Positions 42,272 through 52,832 of a stretch of DNA of 64,000 bases are shown piece after piece. The position numbers and the translations under genes were made by a program. The notes below the pieces were generated by a model. The model was not told the DNA's origin, did no database searches, and was given only the letters and a program-made list of their open reading frames with translations. The first letter of the stretch is position 1, and the number at the start of each line of letters is the position of its first letter. Source of the DNA: Candidatus Eiseniibacteriota bacterium (GTDB lineage: Bacteria > Eisenbacteria > RBG-16-71-46); contig CAVUWA010000009.1 of assembly GCA_963744995.1 (NCBI GenBank), forward strand, positions 160,001 to 224,000, in the 5' to 3' direction.

Positions 42272-43963
42272 GTGCAGGAAGACATCGGACAGAAGCTGCT
42301 CGACGCGCATCTGATCGACAAGAACGCTCTCGACAAGGCCGCGCTCCAGCAGAAGAACGTCGGCGGCTCGATCGCGGGGAATCTCGTCAAGATCGGTGCG
42401 ATCAGCGAAGAGGCGATGCTGGAGTTCCTCTCGCGCCAGTACAACGTCCCGTCGATCGACCTCACCAGCTTCGAACCCGACACGACGTTGACGCGGCTGC
42501 TGCCGGGCGACGTGGCGACCAAGTTCATGGCGCTGCCGGTGTCGCGCAGCGGGCGCCAGCTCGTGGTCGCGATGGCCAACCCGAGCAACATCTTCGCGCT
42601 CGACGACATCAAGTTCATCACCGGTTACGAGGTCGACGCACGCGTGGCCGTCGAAGCCACGCTCAAGAAGGCGATCGACCGTGCCTACGACTCCGCCGGC
42701 ACCATGGCGGACGTGATGAAGGGGATGGAGGACGAGCTCTCGGTCGTCGAGGAGGAGGAGGACGACCTCGAGGGCGGCCTCGCCGGAATGGACGAGGCGC
42801 CGATCGTCAAGCTCGTGAACTCGCTGATCTCCGACGCGGTGCGCAAGGGCGCGTCGGACATCCACATCGAGCCGTATGAAAAGTCCATGCGCGTGCGCTT
42901 CCGCATCGACGGCGTCCTTCAGGAAATGATGTCCCCGCCGTTCAAGTTCAAGGCCGCCATCCTTTCGCGCCTCAAGATCATGGCCGAGCTCGACATCGCC
43001 GAGCGCCGGATCCCGCAGGACGGGCGCATCAAGATCAAGGTCCTGAACCGCACCATCGATCTGCGCGTCTCCAGCCTGCCGACGATCTTCGGCGAGAAGA
43101 TCGTGATGCGAATCCTCGACAAGACGAACCTCAACGTCGATCTCGAGAAGCTGGGCTTCGAGCCCAAGTCGATGGAGGAGTTCGTCCACGCGATCGCCAA
43201 TCCGTACGGCATGGTGCTGGTCACCGGGCCGACCGGTTCGGGCAAGACGACCTCGCTGTATTCCGCGCTGTCGCGCGTCAATACCCCCGAAGTGAACGTG
43301 ATGACCGCCGAGGACCCGGTCGAGTACAACCTCGACGGCATCAATCAGGTGCTCGTCAACGACGACGTCGGACTCAGCTTCGCTGCGGCGCTCAAGGCGT
43401 TCCTGCGCCAGGACCCGAACATCATCATGGTCGGCGAGATCCGCGACATCGAGACCGCGTCGATCGCCGTCAAGGCGGCGCTGACCGGTCACCTGGTGCT
43501 TTCGACCCTGCACACCAACGACGCCCCGAGCGCGATCGGCCGCATGATCGACATGGGCGTCGAGCCGTTCCTGGTCGCGTCGTCGGTGAACCTGATCCTG
43601 GCCCAGCGCCTGGTGCGCAAGGTCTGCCAGAACTGCAAGGAGCAGATCGAGCTGCCCGACGAGGTGCTGCGCGAACTGCAGATGACGCACGAGGAGGCGG
43701 CCGGCGCCACGATCCTCAAGGGCAACGGCTGCATCGAGTGCAACGGCACCGGCTACCGGGGCCGCCAGGGGGTGTACGAGGTCATGCCGATGACCTCCAG
43801 GTTGCGGGACCTCGTGCTGGACCGTTCGTCGGCCAACGAGATCAAGAAGACCGCGATCGACGAGGGCATGCTCACCCTCAGGCGCGACGCGCTCGAGAAG
43901 CTCAAGCGCGGTCTCACCTCGGTGGCGGAAGTGCTGAAGGAAACGGCGGCCGACAAGTTGTAG
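42272..43963 (+). CDS. pilB: Type IVa pilus extension ATPase
   Basis: GAGGA RBS plus GTG 42272. ASDIHIEP, RRIPQDGRI, GPTGSGKTT, LRQDPNIIMVGEIRD, CxxC...CxxC, GYRGR. Confidence 0.95.
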   Translation: MQEDIGQKLLDAHLIDKNALDKAALQQKNVGGSIAGNLVKIGAISEEAMLEFLSRQYNVPSIDLTSFEPDTTLTRLLPGDVATKFMALPVSRSGRQLVVAMANPSNIFALDDIKFITGYEVDARVAVEATLKKAIDRAYDSAGTMADVMKGMEDELSVVEEEEDDLEGGLAGMDEAPIVKLVNSLISDAVRKGASDIHIEPYEKSMRVRFRIDGVLQEMMSPPFKFKAAILSRLKIMAELDIAERRIPQDGRIKIKVLNRTIDLRVSSLPTIFGEKIVMRILDKTNLNVDLEKLGFEPKSMEEFVHAIANPYGMVLVTGPTGSGKTTSLYSALSRVNTPEVNVMTAEDPVEYNLDGINQVLVNDDVGLSFAAALKAFLRQDPNIIMVGEIRDIETASIAVKAALTGHLVLSTLHTNDAPSAIGRMIDMGVEPFLVASSVNLILAQRLVRKVCQNCKEQIELPDEVLRELQMTHEEAAGATILKGNGCIECNGTGYRGRQGVYEVMPMTSRLRDLVLDRSSANEIKKTAIDEGMLTLRRDALEKLKRGLTSVAEVLKETAADKL

Positions 43964-44020
43964 ACGCGACGTCCGATCAACGGGCGCCGCGCCTCGGGCG
44001 CGGAGCCAGAAGGAGCAAAT

Positions 44021-45097
44021 GTGGTGACTCTTCGTCAACTGCTCGAGGACATGGTGCAGCGCGGCGCGTCCGACCTGCACATCACGGCCGGCGTCCCGCC
44101 GGAGTTCCGGATCGACGGCGTCATCACGCCGAGCGAGTACGAGGTCCTGACGCCGGAGGTCACGGCTTCACTCGCCTACAGCGTGCTCTCGGACGAGCAG
44201 CGCAAGCGCTTCGAGACCACGCGCGAGCTGGACTTCTCGTTCGGCGTCAAGGGTCTGTGCCGCTACCGCGCGAACGTGTTCCTGCAGCGCGGCGTGGTGT
44301 CGATGGCGATCCGGCAGATTCCCTACGAGATCAGGCCGATGGAAGAACTCGGTCTGCCGCCGGTCGTCAAGGAGTTCACGACCAAGCAGAAGGGCCTCGT
44401 GCTGCTCACCGGCCCGACCGGCAGCGGCAAGTCCACGACGCTGGCCTCGATGCTCGACCGGATCAATGCCTCGCGCCAGTGCCACATCATGACGATCGAG
44501 GATCCGATCGAGTACATCCACCAGCACAAGCGCTCGATCATCAACCAGCGTGAAGTGGGCGCGGACACCAACTCGTTCCCCACCGCCCTCAAGTACGTCC
44601 TGCGCCAGGACCCGGACATCATCCTCATCGGCGAGATGCGCGACCTCGAGACCATCGAGGCGGCGCTGACGATCGCCGAGACCGGCCACCTGGTGTTCGC
44701 CACGCTGCACACCAACTCGACCTACGAGGCGGTCAACCGCATCGTCGACGTGTTCCCGTCGGACCAGCAGCGGCAGATCTATACGCAGCTGGCGTTCGTG
44801 CTCGAAGGCGTCGTCACGCAGCAGTTGATCCCGCGCAGCCGGGGCACGGGCCGGGTGATGTGCGCCGAGGTGCTGGTGTGCACGCCGGCGATCCGCGCGG
44901 TGATCCGCGAGGGCAAGACGCATCAGATCTACAGCCTCATGCAGGCCGGAATGAAGTTCGGAATGCAGACCATGAATCAGGCGCTTCTGCAGGCGGTGCT
45001 CGATCGGGCACTGTCCCCGGATGGCGCCCTCGAGCGCAGCGCGGATCGTGTCGAGCTGGAAGGGATGCTCGCCAAGGTCCTGAAGCACGCCGCCTAG
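44021..45097 (+). CDS. pilT: Type IV pilus retraction ATPase
   Basis: ASDLHIT, GPTGSGKSTTLA, TIEDPIEY.H, AETGHLVFATLHT, AIRAVIRE (AIRNLIRE-like), GMQTM. Confidence 0.95.
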   Translation: MVTLRQLLEDMVQRGASDLHITAGVPPEFRIDGVITPSEYEVLTPEVTASLAYSVLSDEQRKRFETTRELDFSFGVKGLCRYRANVFLQRGVVSMAIRQIPYEIRPMEELGLPPVVKEFTTKQKGLVLLTGPTGSGKSTTLASMLDRINASRQCHIMTIEDPIEYIHQHKRSIINQREVGADTNSFPTALKYVLRQDPDIILIGEMRDLETIEAALTIAETGHLVFATLHTNSTYEAVNRIVDVFPSDQQRQIYTQLAFVLEGVVTQQLIPRSRGTGRVMCAEVLVCTPAIRAVIREGKTHQIYSLMQAGMKFGMQTMNQALLQAVLDRALSPDGALERSADRVELEGMLAKVLKHAA

Positions 45098-45107
45098 GAG
45101 AGACGCC

Positions 45108-46323
45108 ATGCCCGTTTATGTCTGGAAAGGCCGCACGCTCGCCGGTGAGGCGCAGTCCGGCGAAATCGAAGTGTCGCGCCAGGAAGAGGCCCTCGAGGTC
45201 CTGCGCAAGAAGAAGGTGCTCGTCACCGCGCTCAAACCGAAAGGCGGCTTCAAGATGCCGCAGTTCGGCGGGTCCGGAATCAGCACCAAGGACCTCGCGA
45301 TCTTCACGCGGCAGTTCGCCACGATGATCTCGGCGGGGCTGCCGCTCGTCCAGTGTCTCGACATTCTCGCCAAGCAGGCCTCCAAGCCCTCGTTCGGGCG
45401 GGTGATCGGCGAGGTCACGCGCGAGGTCGAATCCGGCTCCACGCTGTCCGATGCGCTCGGCAAACACCGGAACGTGTTCGACGACCTGTTCCGCAACATG
45501 GTCGCGGCCGGCGAGGCCGGCGGCGTGCTGGACGAGATCCTGATGCGTCTGGCGACCTACATCGAAAAGGCCGACGCCCTGAAGCGCAAGGTGCAGAGCG
45601 CGCTCGTGTACCCCGGCGTCGTGCTCACGGTGGCGATGGGCGCCACCGCGTTCATGCTCGTGTTCATCATCCCGACCTTCGCCAAGATGTTCTCGGACTT
45701 CGGCGGTGAGCTCCCGCTGCCGACCAAGATCGTGCTCGGCGCGTCGCACTTCCTGACGTCGTTCTGGTGGGCGATGATCCTGGCGATCGTCGGCGGCATC
45801 TTCGCCTTCACGCGCTACTACGCCACCGAGAACGGCAAGCGTGTCGATCGACCAGTTCATGCTCAAGTTCCCGGTGATCGGCGACGTGCTCCTGAAGGGC
45901 GCGGTGGCGCGCTTCACCCGGACGCTCGGCACCCTGATCTCCTCGGGCGTGCCGATCCTGTCGGGGCTGGAAATCACGGCCCGCACGTCGGGCAACAAGG
46001 TGATCGCGGAAGCGATCATGGAAGCACGCGCCTCGATTCGTGAAGGTGAAACCGTGGCCGCGCCGCTCAAGGCCTCCGGGGTGTTTCCGCCGATGGTGGT
46101 GCAGATGATCTCGGTGGGCGAGCAGACCGGCGCCCTCGACGAGATGCTCACCAAGATCGCGGTGTTCTACGAGTCCGAGGTCGACACGGCCGTGGACACG
46201 CTCACCTCGATCATCGAGCCCGTGATGATCGTCATCATGGGCGGCATCGTCGGCGGCATGGTGGTCGCCATGTATCTGCCGATGTTCAAGCTCATCAGCG
46301 TCGTCGCCGGCGGCAACGGCTGA
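45108..46323 (+). CDS. pilC: Type IV pilus platform protein, split by one +1 insertion near 45846
   Basis: FTRQFATMISAGLPL and GEAGGVLD in ORF 45108; ARFTRTLGTL.SSGVP and GEQTGALD in ORF 45841. Removing one base gives ...NGKRVIDQFMLKFP... Confidence 0.9.
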
Positions 46324-48002
46324 TGACCGCGCGCGATCCGCAGCCGGCCGGGACTCCGGCCGTTCCGGCCGTGGAGCCGAGGGCGTGGGACGCCCTGGCC
46401 TCGCTGGTCCGGTCGCGGCTGCTGGTCGGTACGGTGGCCATTCCGATGGTCCTGCTGCTGCGGCCGGACGCGGAAGCGGCACCGCTGTCGCTGGTGCTGG
46501 GCGCGTTCGCCGCGCTGTTCGTGATGTCCGCGGCCTACGCACTGGGGATCCGCTGGCGGCGCGCGACTGGAGGCGCAGATCTACATCCAGCTCGCGGCCG
46601 ATCTCGCGGCGATCACGATGCTCGCCGGCTGGAGCGGCGGGCAGGACAGCCAGTTCACGCTGTTCTTCGCGCTGGTGGTGATCGCCGGCGGGGTGGTCGG
46701 CCGCATGGCCGGCGGGCTGTTCGCGGCGGCGGGCGCCTGCGCGGCGTTCCTCTCGCTGCCGTGGGTGACGCTGGCGCTGACCGGCACCGTTTCCGGGATC
46801 AGTGAAGGCATGCCACGGCCCGGCGTGACCGTCGCGTTTCTGGTGATCGTCGGCGTGCTGGCCGGCGTGCTCGGCCAGCGCGTCCAGCACGCCGATGCGG
46901 CGCTGGCGCGCACCGCGCGCGAGCTGGATCGGGTACGCGTCGACAACGATGCGATCCTGCGCCACCTGACGACCGGCGTCTTCACCGCCGACGCCGCAGG
47001 CCGCGTGTCGTACATGAACCCGGCGGCCGAGCACGTGCTCGGCGTGCGGTTCGCCGACGCCGAGGGCCGGGTGCTCGAGGAGGCGCTGCCGGAGCGCCTC
47101 ATGGGGCTCACGCGGATCATGCGCGAGACGCTCGACGGTCGCGCGCCGCGCGCGCGCGTCGAGCTGAACCTCGCGACCGCGCCGGGGCGCCCGCTGCCGC
47201 TCGGCGCCTCCACCAGTCTGCTCGTGCACGACTCGCACGACCCGGGCGTGGTCGCCGTGTTCCAGGACCTGACCGACGTCCGCGAGATGGAGCGCCGCAT
47301 GCGCCGCTCGGAGACGCTGGCCGAGGTCGGCGCCCTTGCGGCGGGCATCGCCCACGAGCTGCGCAACGGTCTGAACCCGATCAGCGGCTCGGTCGAATGC
47401 CTGCAGCGCGAAATGAAGCTCGAAGGCGAGAACGCGGTCCTCATGGATCTGATCTCGCGCGAGAGCCAGCGGCTCAACCGCTTCGTCACCGACCTGCTGA
47501 GCTATTCACGGGAGCGCGATCTGGCGCTCGAGCCGGTCCACCTCGGCGATCACCTCGCCGAAGTCTGCGAGATGGTGTCGCACGACCCGCGCCGCCCGGA
47601 CGGGCGTGCGCGTACGGATCGAGCCGGGGCTTGCCGGATGTGGCGGTGCGGATGGACGCCGAGCAGATGCGGCAGGTGTGGTTGAACCTCGCCTCGAACG
47701 CCTTCCAGGCGGTCGGCGCCGAGGGGGATGTGACGATCCGGTGGCGTGATGGCGGGAGCGATCAGGTCATCGTCGAGTTTTCGGACAATGGACCCGGCAT
47801 CGCGGCGGAGCACCTGCCGCACGTCGGTCAGCCTTTTTTCACGACCAAGGAAGGTGGCACCGGTCTCGGACTGGCGATCGCACAGCGCATCGTCGAACGG
47901 CACGGAGGCGCGCTCACGCTGCACGGCGCCCCCGGCGGCGGCACGGCCGTTCGCGTCGCGCTCGTGAAGTCGCCCGACCCCGTCGCGCAGGCGGCGGCCT
48001 GA
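46323..48002 (+). CDS. pilS: PilS-like PAS sensor histidine kinase, interrupted by three +1 insertions (near 46566, 47603, 47627)
   Basis: TM N-terminus, PAS, AHELRN.L, N-box NLASNAFQA, DNGPGI, FFTTKEGGTGLGL, distributed over ORFs 46323, 46618 and 47397. Confidence 0.82.
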
Positions 48003-48040
48003 TTCCGGTTCACGCGGACACCAGAGAGAGGTAGCAATCC

Positions 48041-49460
48041 ATGCCGGCTCACAAGATTCTGATCGTGGACGACGAACAGAGCATGGCTCAGTTCCTGGCG
48101 ATCGTCCTCCGCAAGGAGGGCTACGAGGTCGCCACACGTGAACAACGGCCGTGACGCCCTCGAGAAGGTCAAGGGGGAGACGTTCGACGTGGTCATTACG
48201 GACATCAAGATGCCCGGCATGAACGGCATCCAGGTGCTCGAGGGGATCAAGAAGCTCGATCCCGGCCTTCCGGTCGTCATCATGACCGCATACGCCTCGC
48301 AGCAGTCCGCGATCGACGCCGTCAATCTGGGCGCCTTCCAGTACCTCATCAAGAATGCGAAGAACGACGAGATCAAGCTCGTCGTGCGCAACGCGCTGGA
48401 GATGCGGCGGGTGAAGACGGAGAACCAGTACCTGAAGCGCGAGCTCAAGCGCGGCCACGAGGAGAAGACGATCATCGGCTCCTCGGAGGAGATGGCGCGG
48501 GTCTTCAAGATGGTCGAAAAGGTCGCCGACAGCGACGCGACGATCATGATCCAGGGCGAGAGCGGCACCGGCAAGGAGCTGTTCGCCCGTGAGATCCACT
48601 ACAGCAGCCGCCGGGCCCAGGGGCCGTTCGTGAGCATCAACTGCGGCGCCATTCCGCGCGATCTGCTGGAGAGCAACCTGTTCGGGCACGTGAAGGGTTC
48701 GTTCACGGGCGCCGTGCGCGACGCGCAGGGCCTGTTCCAGGTCGCCGAGGGCGGCACGTTCTTTCTCGACGAGGTCGGCGAGATGCCGCTCTCGACGCAG
48801 GTGAAGCTGCTGCGCGCCCTTCAGGAACGGGAAATCATCCCGGTCGGCGGCACGACCCCGATCAAGATCGACTGCCGCCTGGTGGCCGCGACCAATGCCG
48901 ACCTCGAGAAGGAGGTCGCCGAGGGCCGCTTCCGCGCCGATCTGTTCTACCGCCTGAACGTGATCCCGATCCGGCTGCCGGCCCTGCGCCAGCGCCGCGA
49001 CGACATTCCGCTCCTGGTCGACCACTTCCTCAAGCGCCATGCGCAGAACGGCGTGATCAAGACGGTGGGGAAGGAAGCGATGGAGATCCTCATCAAGTAC
49101 GACTGGCCCGGCAACGTGCGCGAGCTCGAAAACGTGATGGAGCGCGCCCTGGTGCTCGACGAAGGCGGCCAGATCGGCCCCGAGGACCTGCCCGAGAAGA
49201 TCCGTTTCGGCCAGCAGCAGCGTGGGAGCCTGATCATCGACTCGCCGACCCTGACGCTCGAGGACCTGGAGCGCGAGTACATCCTCAAGGTGCTCAACTA
49301 CACGCGCTGGCAGAAGAAGCGGGCCAGCGACATCCTGGGCATCAATGCGTCGACCCTCTACCGCAAGCTGATCGCCTACGGCGTGGAGAAGCCGGGAAGC
49401 GACCGGCAGCAGGACGCGGACGAGCCGCGTGACGAGTCGCCCGAAGCGCACGCCGCCTGA
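48041..49460 (+). CDS. pilR: PilR/NtrC-type sigma54 response regulator, one +1 insertion near 48136
   Basis: ATG 48041 gives [15 protein letters not shown]...; it joins ORF 48138 carrying [35 protein letters not shown] and a Fis-type HTH. Confidence 0.88.
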
Positions 49461-49480
49461 GGCGACCCCGGACCGACGCG

Positions 49481-49510
49481 ACGCCCCGGCCCCGAGGGCC
49501 GGGGCGTTTT
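49481..49510 (+). terminator. Rho-independent terminator after pilR
   Basis: ACGCCCCGGCCC-cga-GGGCCGGGGCGT followed by TTT. Confidence 0.8.
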
Positions 49511-49679
49511 GCGTTGTGCACGAAACGGGCGGCACGCATGCAGATTGCGATTCGCAGCATTGCGGCGGATGAAGATTGCCCGGAGCACGACGCCGAGGGG
49601 TACGGGGCGCCACCGGGATCCCACCTGCATGGCGTTGCGGGGCAATGGATTCCGGGGCGTGGCAGGCGGATCCGCCACG

Positions 49680-49695
49680 TGGCACACCGGTTGCA
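49680..49695 (+). promoter_or_regulatory. sigma54 promoter of pilin 1
   Basis: TGGCAC-ACCGG-TTGCA. Confidence 0.85.
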
Positions 49696-49765
49696 CAACC
49701 GATAGACCGAGGGTCCGAACCCAGACGAATTCGACCCGGTGTCCAACCCAGGAGGAGTGCCCGTC

Positions 49766-50198
49766 ATGTTCAAGTCGCAGAAAGGCTTCACCCTGATCGA
49801 GCTGATGATCGTGGTCGTGATCATCGGCATCCTCGCGGCGATCGCGATTCCGAACTTCATCGCGATGCAGAACCGCGCGAAGGAAGGCAGCACGAAGGCC
49901 AACATGCACACCTTCCAGCTGTCGGCCGAAGACTACGGCGTGCAGTGGGACGGCGTGTACGCCGCGGACGCTGCGACGATCGAGCCGATGCTGCCGCAGG
50001 CCGGCACGACCTTCAAGAATCCGTTCGACCAGACCACCGGCGTCGGCGGTTCGTGGGAAGATCGCCCCAGCACGCTGACCGCCTGCACCGCGACCTCCGG
50101 GCATCACGAGCTACGCCGACACCAGCCAGGCCAGCTACAACATCAAGGGCTATGGCAAGGCTGCCGCGCTGACCCTCGTCCTGACGGCCGGAACGTAA
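49766..50198 (+). CDS. pilA: Type IVa major pilin candidate 1, one +1 G insertion near 50100
   Basis: GGAGGAG RBS; MFKSQKG|FTLIELMIVVVIIGILAAIAIPNF. Corrected C-terminus SYNIKGYGKAAALTLVLTAGT* aligns with pilin 2. Confidence 0.88.
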
Positions 50199-50221
50199 TC
50201 CCCGCAGCGCACCGCAACTCG

Positions 50222-50260
50222 AGCGGGGGTGGGAGCGATCCCACCCCCGCTTCGTCTTTC
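50222..50260 (+). terminator. Terminator hairpin after pilin 1
   Basis: AGCGGGGGTGGGA-gcga-TCCCACCCCCGCT then TCGTCTTTC; lies just after the corrected stop at 50198. Confidence 0.8.
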
Positions 50261-50406
50261 AGGGGCCGCCGGTGAGCGCGTGCATCCTGCACGGGCGCCC
50301 CGAATGTGCAACGCGCGGCGGGAATCGGTACGCCGCGCGGCGACCGGCTCTGCCCCCAACTCGCCATGCCGCATGGAGATCACGGACGCGGTCCGTGCCG
50401 TGCACG

Positions 50407-50422
50407 TGGCACGAACGTTGCA
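50407..50422 (+). promoter_or_regulatory. sigma54 promoter of pilin 2
   Basis: TGGCAC-GAACG-TTGCA. Confidence 0.85.
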
Positions 50423-50464
50423 ATTTGTTCGAGGCATGAGAGTCCGATGCCATCTGGAGGAGTC

Positions 50465-50908
50465 GTGAATCGTTCGAAGCGCCACAACCGCGGGTTCACG
50501 CTGATCGAGCTGATGATCGTGGTCGCGATCCTCGGGGTGCTCGCTGCGATCGCGATTCCCAACTTCATCGCGATGGAGCGGCGCGCCCAGGAGGGCGCGG
50601 TCAAGGCCAACATGCACACCGTGCAGGTGTCCATGGAGGACTTCTCGATCCAGAACGATGGCAACTACGCGACCTCGGCGACCAGTGCGCTGCCCGACGG
50701 CCGGACGCTGGCGCAGGTGTGTCCGATGGGCAACTATCCGGAGAACCCCTTCACCAAGCTGCCGAGCGTGGTGAACTTCAACGCCAACCCCGGCGCCGGC
50801 ATGCCCGGCGAGCTCGGCTTCAATCCGGCGCTGACCACGAGTTACCTGCTGAAAGGGAACGGCCCGGAGGGCGACACCCTCCGGCTCACCCTCACCACCG
50901 GTCAGTGA
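50465..50908 (+). CDS. Type IVa pilin 2 (paralog of pilin 1)
   Basis: GGAGGAG RBS, GTG start; NRG|FTLIELMIVVAILGVLAAIAIPNFIAM...KANMHT.Q...ED shared with pilin 1. Confidence 0.9.
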   Translation: MNRSKRHNRGFTLIELMIVVAILGVLAAIAIPNFIAMERRAQEGAVKANMHTVQVSMEDFSIQNDGNYATSATSALPDGRTLAQVCPMGNYPENPFTKLPSVVNFNANPGAGMPGELGFNPALTTSYLLKGNGPEGDTLRLTLTTGQ

Positions 50909-50926
50909 CGCGGCCGCCGCGCCCTG

Positions 50927-50942
50927 CGGCACGCGCGTTGCA
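50927..50942 (+). promoter_or_regulatory. sigma54-like promoter upstream of the ABC module
   Basis: CGGCAC-GCGCG-TTGCA. Confidence 0.6.
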
Positions 50943-51027
50943 ATCTGCATGACCCGCGGCGCCCCTTCCGGCGCGCCCGGCGCGCCATGACGCGCCGCAC
51001 CAATGGATTGGAACCTCCGGGGGCCCG

Positions 51028-52071
51028 ATGCGAACGCAGGGAACGGTCATTCCGATGTCGGCAGGCGGCGGCGCCGGTCCGAAATCGACCGGCGCCTCAG
51101 CAGCGCCCGCGGGACTTGCGGTTCGCACCGTGGGGCTCAGCAAGCACTACCGCCACCCCTGGACCATGCAGGTCGTGAAGGGGCTCGACGGCCTGGATCT
51201 CGAGGTGCAGCGGGGCGAGGTGTTCGGCTACCTGGGCCCCAACGGTGCCGGCAAGACGACGACGCTCAAGCTGCTCTGCGGCCTGCACCGGCCGACCTCG
51301 GGCGAGGGCTGGCTGTTCGACGTCCCCATCACGGAGGAGGCCAGCCGCCGGCGCATGGGCTTCCTCCCCGAGCACCCGTACTTCTACGATCATCTGAACG
51401 GCGTCGAGTACCTCGAGTTCGCGGCGCGCCTCTCCGGGCTCCACGCCGAGGACGCGCGCCGCCGCGCGCGGCACTGGATCGAGCGCGTCGGGCTGGGCGG
51501 GAAGGAGAAGGTCAGCCTGCGCAAGTACTCGAAGGGGATGCTGCAGCGCATCGGACTCGCGGCCGCCCTCGTCCACGATCCCGAGCTGCTGATCCTCGAC
51601 GAGCCGATGAGCGGGCTCGATCCGTTCGGGCGCCGCGACGTGCGCGACCTGATCCTCGAGCAGCGCGAGCGCGGGGTGACCGTGCTGTTCTCTTCGCACA
51701 TTCTGCCGGACGTCGAGATGATCTGCGACCGCGTCGCGATCCTGCTCGGCGGCCGGCTGCATCGCGTCGCCACGGTCGGCGAGATCGTGCAGGCCAGCGC
51801 GCAGACGGTGGAGATCCGCTGCACCGGCGTGACGATGCTGGTGGTGCCGCCCGAGTGGCAGGACATCGTGAGCCGCCGCGAGCACCCGCACGAGACCGCC
51901 TTCGTGCTCGCCGACGACGCGCGCACGACGCAGGTGCTGCAGTGGCTCACCTCGAAGGGCGTGCAGATCCGCGCGGTGACCCCGCACCGGCCCACGCTCG
52001 AAGAGCTGTTCATGGAGGCGGCGGCGCATGCGAGTTTCGGTGCGCCCGCGAGTGGCGGGGGCCGGTCATGA
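51028..52071 (+). CDS. ABC transporter ATP-binding protein (Myxococcus PilH-like; start could be 51055)
   Basis: [38 protein letters not shown]. Confidence 0.9.
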   Translation: MRTQGTVIPMSAGGGAGPKSTGASAAPAGLAVRTVGLSKHYRHPWTMQVVKGLDGLDLEVQRGEVFGYLGPNGAGKTTTLKLLCGLHRPTSGEGWLFDVPITEEASRRRMGFLPEHPYFYDHLNGVEYLEFAARLSGLHAEDARRRARHWIERVGLGGKEKVSLRKYSKGMLQRIGLAAALVHDPELLILDEPMSGLDPFGRRDVRDLILEQRERGVTVLFSSHILPDVEMICDRVAILLGGRLHRVATVGEIVQASAQTVEIRCTGVTMLVVPPEWQDIVSRREHPHETAFVLADDARTTQVLQWLTSKGVQIRAVTPHRPTLEELFMEAAAHASFGAPASGGGRS

Positions 52072-52832
52072 TCCAGTGGATCATCGCGCAGAATACGTTC
52101 CGCGAGGCGACCCGCGACCGGGTGCTGGCCGGGGTGGTGGCCGGCGGGGTGGTGATGCTGCTCGGCACGCAGGTGCTGAGTCCGCTGGCGATGGGAGAGG
52201 GCTTCCGCCTGACCGTGGACCTCGGGCTCTCGAGCATCTCGGTGCTCGGCATGCTGGTGATCCTGATGGTCGGGACCAATCTGGTCGCGAAGGAGCTCGA
52301 GAAGCGCACCATCTACAACCTGCTGTCACGGCCGATCCCGCGCTGGGCGTACCTGGTCGGCAAGTGGGCGGGGCTCACCGCGACGCTCTGGCTGGTGGCC
52401 GCGCTGCTCGGCGCGGCCCTCACCGGCCTGATGGCGGCGCGCGGCTACCCGGTGCATCCGCTCTCGATCGCCGAGGCCGTCTACCTGGAGGCGCTCGAGC
52501 TGACCGTGATGACGTCGATCGCCGTGTTGTTCTCCGCGTTCTCGACGCCGGTGCTGTCGGCGCTCTACACGCTGGCCTTCTTCGTGGTCGGCCAGTGGAG
52601 CTACGACCTGCGCGCTTTCGCGCGAAAGTTCCCGCCCGCGCTCGGCGCCACGATCAACGCGCTGGCCAACGTGGTTCCCAACCTGCCGGTCTTCAACATC
52701 CGCACGCTGGCGGCGGACGGACAGCTGGCCAGCCCGGCGCACCTCGTGACGGCGTCGCTGTACGCGCTGCTGTACGTGGCGAGCGTGCTGGCGCTGGCCA
52801 CCGCGGTGTTCGAGTCACGGGACTTCAAGTGA
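52068..52832 (+). CDS. ABC-2 type permease (PilI-like)
   Basis: [34 protein letters not shown], multiple TMs, FESRDFK end. Confidence 0.85.
   Translation: MIQWIIAQNTFREATRDRVLAGVVAGGVVMLLGTQVLSPLAMGEGFRLTVDLGLSSISVLGMLVILMVGTNLVAKELEKRTIYNLLSRPIPRWAYLVGKWAGLTATLWLVAALLGAALTGLMAARGYPVHPLSIAEAVYLEALELTVMTSIAVLFSAFSTPVLSALYTLAFFVVGQWSYDLRAFARKFPPALGATINALANVVPNLPVFNIRTLAADGQLASPAHLVTASLYALLYVASVLALATAVFESRDFK

Noticed and set aside
49530..49548. Second sigma54 site upstream of pilin 1 (CGGCACGCATGCAGATTGC)
   Set aside because: GG-to-GC spacing does not match the strict -24/-12 geometry.
45840..50101. Programmed frameshifting or phase variation as the cause of the pil frameshifts
   Set aside because: No slippery heptamers or long homopolymer/SSR tracts (runs are only 3-4 G); six independent sites fit sequencing error better.
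49766..50908. Pilin antigenic-variation cassette or DGR target
   Set aside because: Both pilins are full-length with their own promoter and RBS; no silent truncated copies, recombinase, reverse transcriptase or near-identical template repeat in the window.
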